Positions 8,839 through 16,376 of a stretch of 32,000 bases of DNA are shown one piece after another (position 1 is the stretch's first letter; each line of letters starts with the position of its first letter). The notes under the pieces are model-generated. The model was not told the DNA's origin. It saw nothing but the letters and a program-made list of their open reading frames with translations, and searched no databases. This DNA is from Candidatus Saccharimonadota bacterium (GTDB lineage: Bacteria; Patescibacteriota; Saccharimonadia; Saccharimonadales; Saccharimonadaceae). Both the position numbers and the translations under genes were made by a program. The stretch is taken from positions 330,001-362,000 of the forward strand of contig CP060232.1 in the NCBI GenBank assembly GCA_023898645.1, written 5' to 3'.

Positions 8839-10275
8839 ATGGCGACGACTTTTTTCTTTTATGACCTAGAGACGAGCGGGCTGTCTGGCCGCGATGACCG
8901 CATTATGCAGTTCGCCGGCCAGCGGACAGACATGAATCTCAAACCGATCGGTGAGCCTGTTAACGTGCTCGTAGCGCTGAATGACGACACGCTCCCAAGT
9001 CCTGATGCCTTGATGGTTACTGGTATTACGCCGCAACAGACGGTTGCTGACGGCTACACGGAAGCGCAGTTCGCAGACATTATCCTCAAAGAGATATTTA
9101 CCGAGGGAACGATTGCTGTTGGCTACAATAATATTCGTTTTGATGATGAATTTGTTCGTCATTTATTGTGGCGAAATTTTCGTGATCCGTACGAATGGAG
9201 CTGGCGAGAAGGTCGTTCTCGTTGGGATTTACTCGACGTCGTGCGTATGACGCGAGCTTTACGTCCAGACGGAATAAAATGGCCGGTTGTTGATGGCAAG
9301 CCAACGAATCGCTTAGAGCTTGTCACAAAGGAGAATGGCATCGACCACTTTAAGGCGCATGATGCCTTAAGCGATGTCGAGGCATTGATTGCCGTTACGC
9401 AGCTAATCAAGGAAAAACAGCCGCAACTATATGATTATTTACTCAAAATGCGCGACAAGAAAGAGGTAAAAAAGCTCGTCAATTTAGACGACAAGCAACC
9501 GTTTGTATATACGAGTGGCCGCTTCGACGTCGAGTTCCACAAAACGACAGTAGCATTTCCGCTTACTGCCGGAAAGAATGGAAATGTGGTCACGTATGAT
9601 CTTCGTTACGATCCAGAGCCGTTTATAAATCTTGACAGCAAGGAGTTGGCAAAGAAATTGTATGCATCGTGGGAAGAACGCAAGACAGAAGGTTTCGTGC
9701 CGTTACCCGTCAAGGAGATGCAATATAATCGAGCACCGTCGGTGGCGCCTCTTGGGGTACTAGAACAGGGCGATGGTTGGGCTCGAGTTGGGTTAGACAA
9801 AGAGACTATAGAAAGACATCGTAATGCGCTATTAGCAGCACCGCATTTTGCTGAAAACATACGTACTTTGTTTGAAAATAAACCTGAATATAAAAAATCA
9901 TCAGAACCTGAGGCGCAGTTATACGATGGCTTTTTAAGTGATGCAGATCGTCTTCGTACTCAGGCGGTTGCCGTGGCGGACGAAAAAACACTCGCCGATA
10001 TGCATCCTGAATTTCAAGATGAACGCTTGGTTCCACTCTTGTTGCATTACAAGGCACGAAGCTTTCCTCGTAGTTTGAGTGTGGATGAATCTGTAGCTTG
10101 GGAGCAATGGAGGGTGCAGCGCATACAATCGCAGCTGCCTTCATTTGTTAAATCTATAGAGCGACTAAGCAAGCAGGGACTAACAAATCAACAGCAGTTC
10201 GTGTTGCAGGAAATACAGCTATGGCTAGCAAATGTCGCTCCGAGTGATTCAGGAGACGAAACAGAATCTAACTAG
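8839..10275 (+). CDS. sbcB: Exodeoxyribonuclease I (DEDDh 3'-5' ssDNA exonuclease)
   Basis: 478 aa. The N-terminus FFFYDLETSGLSGRDDRIMQFAGQRTD matches ExoI Exo-I motif. It also has GYNNIRFDDEF and HDALSDV (Exo-II and Exo-III). Length and C-terminal domains are typical of SbcB. Confidence 0.9.
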   Translation: MATTFFFYDLETSGLSGRDDRIMQFAGQRTDMNLKPIGEPVNVLVALNDDTLPSPDALMVTGITPQQTVADGYTEAQFADIILKEIFTEGTIAVGYNNIRFDDEFVRHLLWRNFRDPYEWSWREGRSRWDLLDVVRMTRALRPDGIKWPVVDGKPTNRLELVTKENGIDHFKAHDALSDVEALIAVTQLIKEKQPQLYDYLLKMRDKKEVKKLVNLDDKQPFVYTSGRFDVEFHKTTVAFPLTAGKNGNVVTYDLRYDPEPFINLDSKELAKKLYASWEERKTEGFVPLPVKEMQYNRAPSVAPLGVLEQGDGWARVGLDKETIERHRNALLAAPHFAENIRTLFENKPEYKKSSEPEAQLYDGFLSDADRLRTQAVAVADEKTLADMHPEFQDERLVPLLLHYKARSFPRSLSVDESVAWEQWRVQRIQSQLPSFVKSIERLSKQGLTNQQQFVLQEIQLWLANVAPSDSGDETESN

Positions 10276-10562
10276 GTTCGATTGGTGGTTCGTTTCACCA
10301 GCCAGTCACGTTTGGTAATAAGACCGATGATGTAGTCGCGCCTTTGGCGGATAATCGTAATTCTGCGTGCGAGCAACTCGAATAGTACGGCGGATGTTGC
10401 TACCGACATGATGGCAATCATCATGCTAGGTGACAGCGCCGTGCGTGTCAGGGGGATTTCTCCTGCTAGCAAAAAATTCAGTAGCATGTCTTGCACGCGC
10501 AACGTATCTAGTACGAGCCAGACAAAGACTAGAAGAGCGGTTGTGTTGATTATCCTGTGCAT
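10272..10562 (-). CDS. Small membrane protein of about 2 TM helices, unknown function
   Basis: 96 aa with two hydrophobic helices (TALLVFVWLVLDTL and SMMIAIMSVATSAVLFELLA). It has a good Shine-Dalgarno, AGGTGAGG, 5 nt upstream of the ATG at 10562. Confidence 0.55.
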   Translation of the reverse strand: MHRIINTTALLVFVWLVLDTLRVQDMLLNFLLAGEIPLTRTALSPSMMIAIMSVATSAVLFELLARRITIIRQRRDYIIGLITKRDWLVKRTTNRT

Positions 10563-10698
10563 TGCTACCTCACCTCATACAAGTAATTTATTATTAATTT
10601 AGCATATATGTCAAATATATGCAATTATAAGCATGATGAGGTTGCGTAAATACTAAAATTATGAAATAATAACTTCACGTCTATACAACGAGTGGAAG

Positions 10699-10920
10699 GT
10701 GACCGCAGTGGTCTCGAAACAAGAACAGCATCAGTCTGTTTCTCCGAAAGGACGTATGCCAACCTGGACAGGGCTGTTGATAGTCGGCTTAATAATCGCT
10801 GCTGTAGTCATAGGAAGTTACTGTGTCAGCAAATACGGTAGTCCAGCGACGACACCCGACACATCGTGCGATTCATTCGGTATGTGCAGCGGATATCTTT
10901 GGTCTCAATCCGTAGGATAG
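10699..10920 (+). CDS. Small single-pass membrane protein with a Cys-containing C-terminal tail
   Basis: 73 aa from a GTG start; an alternative ATG at codon 20 gives MPTWTG.... It has one TM helix (WTGLLIVGLIIAAVVIGSY) and the tail SPATTPDTSCDSFGMCSGYLWSQSVG. A terminator follows. Confidence 0.4.
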   Translation: MTAVVSKQEQHQSVSPKGRMPTWTGLLIVGLIIAAVVIGSYCVSKYGSPATTPDTSCDSFGMCSGYLWSQSVG

Positions 10921-10945
10921 ATCGTTCCGTACTGGGCTAGGCGCA

Positions 10946-10981
10946 AGCGCCATCTAACCTTTGTGGTAGATGGCGCTTTTT
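10946..10981 (+). terminator. Rho-independent terminator lying between convergent genes
   Basis: AGCGCCATCTA...TAGATGGCGCT forms a perfect 11-bp stem (10946-10977) followed by TTTT. It sits between the stop of 10699..10920 (+) and the stop of 11023..13185 (-). Confidence 0.7.
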
Positions 10982-11022
10982 CATATGTGCACTTGATATG
11001 CTTTTTAAACGAGAGTATTTGT

Positions 11023-13185
11023 TTATAGAATTGGCCTGCTGTCAGGGGAGTCGCCTGTGTCGTTCTGAGTTGGCGCCTGAGTTGGTGTTGGAGTCGGAAC
11101 GGGGGTTGGGTTAGCAATAGGTTCAGTAGGTTCAGTAGGTTCAGTAGGTTCGACGGTAGGTGGGGTTGTAGGCTGAGTGCAAGGTACTTTCTTTTCAACG
11201 GTGGTGGTAGTGCTACAGTTTGAGAGGACGCCACAGACGTTAATAACGCTCGTAACTGTACTATTGCTACAGTTTGACAGAGTGCCGCAGAGGCTTATGA
11301 AACCACTGTTGGTGCTACCGCTACAGTTTGATCCTACGCCACAGACTACGAATGCGCCATTGTTGGTGCTACCGCTACAGTTTGATCCTACGCCACATTT
11401 TACAATGCCTGCGTCATTAGTGCTGTTGTTGCAGTTTGATCCTACGCCACAACTAACGACTGCGGCTTTGTTCGTGCTACCGCTACAGTTTGATCCGACT
11501 CCGCAGCTGACGACGCCTCCCTTGTTGGTGCTGTTGCTACAGTTTGAGCCTACGCCGCAAGTCACGACACCACCTTTATTAGTGCTACCGCTACAATTGG
11601 CTGCTACTCCACAGTCGACGAAAAGGCCGGCATTTGTGCTGTTGCTACAGTTGGCGCCAAGTGTACAGGTGTTCACAACACCGGTATTTGTACTGTTGCT
11701 GCAATTACCAGCTACACAGCCGTTTAGGATGGCGGTATTTGTACTGCCGCTGCTATTACCGCCTACATTGCTGTTTACTGCACCTACATTCTTGCTGCCG
11801 CTACTGTTGTTGCCAATGTTGCTGTTTACCGCTCCTACGTTTGTACTGCCGCTGCTATTACCGCCAATGTTGCTGTTTACCGCTCCTACGTTTGTACTGC
11901 CGCTAGTATTGGATCCGGCGTTACCGTTTACTACGCCAACATTCGTACTACCGCTACAGTTGGAGCCCAGACAGACGTTTGCTAGAGCGACATTTGTCTG
12001 ATCGCTACAGTTTGCACCGTTTGCGCAAATGTTTAGCCATCCAACGTTAGTTTGGTTGCTACAATCTTGTCCGGCTAGGCAGGTGTTGACGCCCACCACG
12101 CCCAGAGCTCCCTGGGCTACCTGAGTAACTCCAGCTGCTGCAGTGGTTAAGCCGCTTTGTACGGCGGCAGAATTACCTGTTACCGCACCGACTACAGCTG
12201 TGCCTAATCCGGAGATACTATTAGCAATACCTTTACCAATCTTTAAAAGGTTAGAGAAGAAGCCGACGAGTTTTACGTCAGATGATCCTGACGCAAGCGC
12301 AACATTGATGTCTGGTGCTCCTGAGGCGACAGCTACGCTCACATTGGCAGAAGCTGAAGTGGCTGAAACTGTGTCGCCACTTGCTGTTGAAGCGACTGTC
12401 GAAGATTTGCTGAGTGCGTTCTTAAGTATGGCTATCTGAGATTTCGACATTGCCGATATAGCAGCTAGGTTTTGCTTAAGATGATCTAAGTCGTACTGGA
12501 TGCTTTTTAACGAAACGAAGCCAGCGGAACCGAGGTTGATGTGTGTGGCGCCGTTTGATTTGGCGGCTTTCATTGTTTGCTGAAGTGTGTCAATCGTGCT
12601 CGCGAGTTTTTTGCTGAATTTAACCTGATGTTGTTGATCAGCAAGTAGCTGAGCTAATTCATTGGCAGGTTTGTATTGTTTAAATTCGAGGTCAATATAA
12701 TATACGACGGCGTTTATTTGCGCAGGGTCTGAACCGGCGTCATCGAGTGCGTTCTTGAGGGCGGTAAGTGACTGTTTTGTTTGGCTCAGAGCTGAATCTA
12801 TCTTGTTTTTGACAGTTGTAGCGTCTGACGAGACATTCTTAATGATCTTTTGATCAGCCTCAATAAAAGCAAGCCTTCGGTTGATTTCGGCGGTTGCCTT
12901 GGCTTTCAAAGAGGTGGGGCTAGCTGATTTATCAGATGCTAACACCACTTGTTGCTCATCGACAGCTTGAAAGGAGCTTCGATGTAATTGGAAGTTTACG
13001 ATATTGGCATCGTTTGCGTCCTTTAAGCTTTGTTTAATGGCTACCGGAGAGACCATTTTGAGTTTTGCAACGCCAGGTTTGGGTACCAGGTATGTCCATG
13101 AAACATAGGCTACACCCACCACTAACAGTAATCCGACAATGATACTGACAAGTACTAATGGGCTTTTGAGTTTGGCTGGAAGCAT
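11023..13185 (-). CDS. Membrane-anchored Cys-ladder solenoid-repeat protein (paralog 1), unknown family
   Basis: 720 aa. It has an N-terminal signal anchor (LVLVSIIVGLLLVVGVAYV) and a helical region at aa 90-260 that is paralogous to the neighbouring gene (AKSNGATHINLGSAGFVSLKSIQ). A Gly/Ala/Val-rich segment follows, then 17 tandem 17/18-aa coils (aa 369-669) and a Pro/Thr-rich tail. Confidence 0.85.
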   Translation of the reverse strand: MLPAKLKSPLVLVSIIVGLLLVVGVAYVSWTYLVPKPGVAKLKMVSPVAIKQSLKDANDANIVNFQLHRSSFQAVDEQQVVLASDKSASPTSLKAKATAEINRRLAFIEADQKIIKNVSSDATTVKNKIDSALSQTKQSLTALKNALDDAGSDPAQINAVVYYIDLEFKQYKPANELAQLLADQQHQVKFSKKLASTIDTLQQTMKAAKSNGATHINLGSAGFVSLKSIQYDLDHLKQNLAAISAMSKSQIAILKNALSKSSTVASTASGDTVSATSASANVSVAVASGAPDINVALASGSSDVKLVGFFSNLLKIGKGIANSISGLGTAVVGAVTGNSAAVQSGLTTAAAGVTQVAQGALGVVGVNTCLAGQDCSNQTNVGWLNICANGANCSDQTNVALANVCLGSNCSGSTNVGVVNGNAGSNTSGSTNVGAVNSNIGGNSSGSTNVGAVNSNIGNNSSGSKNVGAVNSNVGGNSSGSTNTAILNGCVAGNCSNSTNTGVVNTCTLGANCSNSTNAGLFVDCGVAANCSGSTNKGGVVTCGVGSNCSNSTNKGGVVSCGVGSNCSGSTNKAAVVSCGVGSNCNNSTNDAGIVKCGVGSNCSGSTNNGAFVVCGVGSNCSGSTNSGFISLCGTLSNCSNSTVTSVINVCGVLSNCSTTTTVEKKVPCTQPTTPPTVEPTEPTEPTEPIANPTPVPTPTPTQAPTQNDTGDSPDSRPIL
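11121..11154 (-). repeat. 9-bp in-frame tandem repeat encoding (TEP)n in the Pro/Thr tail
   Basis: GTTCAGTAG occurs 3 times in perfect tandem (11121-11147), followed by a degenerate copy. It translates on the minus strand as PTEPTEPTEP. Confidence 0.9.
11179..12081 (-). repeat. Coding tandem-repeat array: 17 units of 51/54 bp (17/18 aa)
   Basis: The coils follow C-x4/5-C-S-x-S-T-N-x-G-x-x-x-x. The 42-nt perfect copy GCCAATGTTGCTGTTTACCGCTCCTACGTTTGTACTGCCGCT occurs at 11812-11853 and again at 11863-11904, a 51-bp offset. Confidence 0.9.
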
Positions 13186-13231
13186 CTTATATTACCTTTT
13201 ATTAATTTGTATACATTATGTTGTTAAGCTA

Positions 13232-15877
13232 TTAATTCATCTCGTGCCGTACGCTAAAGGAAGAAGAAGCAGTGGTAAAGCTTGCAAGCAACGGCAACGT
13301 ATTACGGCTGTCAGGAACGTAGGCTACTGAAGTGTCCACTAGGCACTGATTGACGACGACAGTTTTGATTGTAGTACTACAATTGGACAACAGGCCGCAG
13401 CTATATATAGGGTTATTAGTCGTAGTGTTACTACAGTTTGATCCCAGTCCGCAGAGGCTTAAGAAGCTATTGGTAGTCTCACCGGTGCAGTTCGAGGCAA
13501 CACCGCAAATCGAGAGTGCGCCATTGTTCGTCTTGCCGGAGCAGTTAGAGGCAAGACCGCAAACCATAACACCCTCGTTATTTGTAGAATTTGAGCAGTC
13601 TGATAGTGTGCCACAGAGACTCGCAACACCACTATTGATAGCATTTGAGCAGTTAGACAACGTACCACACCTTTGAACTAGGCCGTTATTGATAGCATTT
13701 GAGCAGTTAGACAACGTACCACACTTTTGGTAGACGCCGTTGTTCGAAATATTGTAGCAGTCGGACAGTACGCCACACTTTAGTATGAAGCCGTTGTTTG
13801 TGCTGTCGGTGCAGTTTGAACCTATGCCACATTTTTGCACGATACCGTTGTTGACTGCATTCGTACAGTTAGACAGTAGTCCACATACCTGTACTTTGCC
13901 ATTATTAATCGCGTCAGTGCAGTTAGACAGCGTACCGCATCTCTGGTAAACCCCGTTGTTTGTGATGTTAGAGCAGTCAGACAGGGTGCCACACCTCATC
14001 ACAACGCCGCTATTCATGGCATTCGTACAGTTAGACAACGTGCCGCATGTCTGTACAACACCGCTATTAATTGCATTTGAGCAGTTCGATAGCGTGCCAC
14101 ATGCTTGGTAGACGCCGTTGTTCGTAATGTTCGTACAGTTAGACAGCGTTCCGCACCTTAGTATGAAGCCGTTATTTGAACCGTCCGTGCAGTTAGAGCC
14201 GACACCACATTTCTGTATGAGGCCATTGTTGACTGCATTCGTACAATTAGACAACGTACCGCATACCTGCACGACACCGTTGTTAATCGCATTGGCACAG
14301 TTAGACAGCGTACCGCATCTCTGGTAAACCCCGTTGTTTGTGATGTTAGAGCAGTCAGATAATGTTCCGCATCTTAATAACACACCGTTATTCGTATCGT
14401 CAGTACAGCTTGATCCGATGCCGCATGTCTGTACGCCACCATTGTTTGTATTTCCGCTACAAATCGATGCCACGCCGCAGTTTACAAATACACCATTGTT
14501 AGTATTATTAGCGCATTCAGACAAAAGACCGCACGATAATGTACCGCCGTTGTTAATGGCATTAGAACACTTAGATAATGCGCCGCATACTTGTATGAGG
14601 CCTTTGTTGATATCGTCAGAACATTTAGACAATGTGCCGCATGATTGGTAGACACCGTTGTTCGTAATATTAGAGCAGCTAGACAATGATCCGCATTTCA
14701 ATATAAATCCATTATTTGTATTGTCCTTGCAGGTTGACAGTGTTCCGCACTTCAGTATGACACCATAATTTATAGCATCGGTACAATGAGATGCTGATCC
14801 GCATAATTCTACTATGCCTTTGTTGACAGCATTAGAGCAGTTAGACAACGTGCCGCACTTTTGGTAAGCGCCGTTATTTGTGATATTCGAGCAGTTAGAC
14901 AAACTGCCGCATCTTAGAACAAATCCGTCGTTCGTGTTATTTTTACAGTTCGATCCTAGGCCGCACGTCTCTGAGACGCCGCTATTTGAGTTGTCTGTAC
15001 AATTAGCTCCTATGCCACAAGCTGTTATATAGCCATAATTTGTATTACCGTTGCAGTTTGATCCCAGTCCGCAGATGCTGACCCCGTATCTGTTTCCTGT
15101 CACCAGGTTGCTCAATTGACTAAGGCCAAGTCCTGTATTTGTGAGAGTGTTTTGAGCAACGGATAGTTGATTGAAAACAAGTGCCGCCTGGTCGGTTGAT
15201 GGGTTGGTCAGCTCGTCCCTAATCAATATAGATAATGAAGACGATATGCTTTGTTCAACGGTTGTGCTTGTTTCGAGTCCTTGCCTCAGCGCGTTTAATT
15301 GAGTCTGAATGGTCTGAAGTGGGACAAAGCCTGCGACACCTCCGTTGACGTGAGTCGCTCCATTCGCCTTTGCTGCGTCAATGGATTTTTGAACTGAAGC
15401 TGCAGAATCCTTTAGCTTAGTAATAAGCTGATTCTGTAAGTGCAAATCATTAAGTAACGTAGACGACTGATTGACTGCTGCGTATTTATTAAAATTAGAA
15501 TCAACCTTTGAAGCTATGTCCTTGAGTACTTTTGTATTACTGGCATCAGTGTTGTCTACTTTGCTTAGCAGATCGGTCAGATCTTTTTTGACTGAATTTA
15601 GGTCAGACTTTAGTTTCTCTAGAGTGGCATTTGGAACGTCGTGTTCGGAATCAACGAGTTTTAAATCGGCGTTAATGGTGTTTAGCCGACGTCCTATTTC
15701 CGTAGTGATTGAAACTGACAAATTTACGTCAACGGCTGTCGACGGAGCGACGGCCAGAGCGGGTACTACGCTTTGACCTGCTATGACGACTGCAGAAAAC
15801 AAGGCGAATGCCGATTGAATAAACTTGCGATTAATGTGAAGGATTGATTGTTGCATAGTCATTACCTTATTTATCAT
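13232..15877 (-). CDS. Secreted Cys-ladder solenoid-repeat protein (paralog 2), unknown family
   Basis: 881 aa with a Sec-type signal peptide (FIQSAFALFSAVVIAGQSVVPALA|VAPS) and a helical region paralogous to paralog 1 (AKANGATHVNGGVAGFVPLQTIQ). Exactly 32 uninterrupted 18-aa coils span aa 269-845. The true start may be Met8 (ATG at 15856), which has AAGG 8 nt upstream. Confidence 0.85.
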   Translation of the reverse strand: MINKVMTMQQSILHINRKFIQSAFALFSAVVIAGQSVVPALAVAPSTAVDVNLSVSITTEIGRRLNTINADLKLVDSEHDVPNATLEKLKSDLNSVKKDLTDLLSKVDNTDASNTKVLKDIASKVDSNFNKYAAVNQSSTLLNDLHLQNQLITKLKDSAASVQKSIDAAKANGATHVNGGVAGFVPLQTIQTQLNALRQGLETSTTVEQSISSSLSILIRDELTNPSTDQAALVFNQLSVAQNTLTNTGLGLSQLSNLVTGNRYGVSICGLGSNCNGNTNYGYITACGIGANCTDNSNSGVSETCGLGSNCKNNTNDGFVLRCGSLSNCSNITNNGAYQKCGTLSNCSNAVNKGIVELCGSASHCTDAINYGVILKCGTLSTCKDNTNNGFILKCGSLSSCSNITNNGVYQSCGTLSKCSDDINKGLIQVCGALSKCSNAINNGGTLSCGLLSECANNTNNGVFVNCGVASICSGNTNNGGVQTCGIGSSCTDDTNNGVLLRCGTLSDCSNITNNGVYQRCGTLSNCANAINNGVVQVCGTLSNCTNAVNNGLIQKCGVGSNCTDGSNNGFILRCGTLSNCTNITNNGVYQACGTLSNCSNAINSGVVQTCGTLSNCTNAMNSGVVMRCGTLSDCSNITNNGVYQRCGTLSNCTDAINNGKVQVCGLLSNCTNAVNNGIVQKCGIGSNCTDSTNNGFILKCGVLSDCYNISNNGVYQKCGTLSNCSNAINNGLVQRCGTLSNCSNAINSGVASLCGTLSDCSNSTNNEGVMVCGLASNCSGKTNNGALSICGVASNCTGETTNSFLSLCGLGSNCSNTTTNNPIYSCGLLSNCSTTIKTVVVNQCLVDTSVAYVPDSRNTLPLLASFTTASSSFSVRHEMN
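13343..15073 (-). repeat. Coding tandem-repeat array: 32 units of 54 bp (18 aa), no indels
   Basis: Consensus coil is CGTLSNCSNAINNGVVQx. A 37-nt perfect copy occurs at 13634-13670 and 13688-13724, a 54-bp offset. A 62-nt perfect copy occurs at 13920-13981 and 14298-14359, a 378-bp offset equal to 7 coils. Confidence 0.95.
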
Positions 15878-15878
15878 T

Positions 15879-16142
15879 TCATTCAGCTAACTTAACTTGT
15901 TTTTCGTCAATTGCATCCGTGGCTTTGATGTGAGCATCAGATTCTTTTTTTGCCGTGTCGTTTGCATTAACTAGGCTTTTTTGGATGACTTTGGGAGCTA
16001 CCAGTTTGGTACTCGTTGGTTTATTGGCATTCAAATAGGTTAAAGTGACGAACGTGACCCCCGCTATTAAGAGTAGTCCTATGACGATACCGCCTGATAC
16101 ATATGGGTTTTTGAGTTTGGCTAGAAACTGCCTCATATCCAA
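15879..16142 (-). CDS. Small membrane-anchor protein homologous to the N-terminus of paralog 1
   Basis: 87 aa. AKLKNPYVSGGIVIGLLLIAGVTFVTLTYL...VIQKSLVNAND...IDEKQVKLAE aligns with paralog 1 residues 4-85 (AKLKSPLVLVSIIVGLLLVVGVAYVSWTYL...AIKQSLKDAND...VDEQQVVLAS). Its TGA stop is 1 nt from the next ATG. Confidence 0.7.
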   Translation of the reverse strand: MDMRQFLAKLKNPYVSGGIVIGLLLIAGVTFVTLTYLNANKPTSTKLVAPKVIQKSLVNANDTAKKESDAHIKATDAIDEKQVKLAE

Positions 16143-16193
16143 CTTTCTTTACTGTTATTCTACCCTTACACGCTTTTGCTTATACTAGGTAAA

Positions 16194-16221
16194 TTATACA
16201 TGCCCAAATATCCGTGTCAAC
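16194..16221 (-). promoter_or_regulatory. Consensus sigma70 promoter for the solenoid-protein operon
   Basis: On the minus strand, TTGACA (16221..16216), a 16-nt spacer, and TATAAT (16199..16194). This gives a leader of about 45 nt before the ATG at 16142. Confidence 0.6.
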
Positions 16222-16376
16222 GATTCTAGTGCTCTTTAATAATCTTTTGGGTGTAATTTTGTCGGGTGTCGTCACTAAATCAGTTAATATTGTACGTCAA
16301 ACACGAAAGCCATGTACTTGCTAAGTTGTTTTACCTACTGGAATAAAACATAAAAAAACTGTATAATATTCAGGTT

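Noticed and set aside
11177-12001. Long plus-strand ORFs antisense to the repeat genes: 11177..12001, 11634..11906, 12143..12439, 13350..13676, 14118..14327, 14334..14651 and 15471..15776.
   Set aside because: They are shadow frames of the periodic minus-strand coding repeats. Their products are monotonous (LQFDPTPQ... periodicity), they lack promoters and starts of their own, and the minus-strand frame gives a coherent signal peptide, paralogous domains and exact 18-aa periodicity.
13343-15073. The regular 54-bp periodicity could be mistaken for a CRISPR array or a noncoding satellite.
   Set aside because: There is no alternation of conserved repeats with unique spacers. The whole array is a single open reading frame whose conservation is at the peptide level (C, G, S, N and G positions), with third-position variation.
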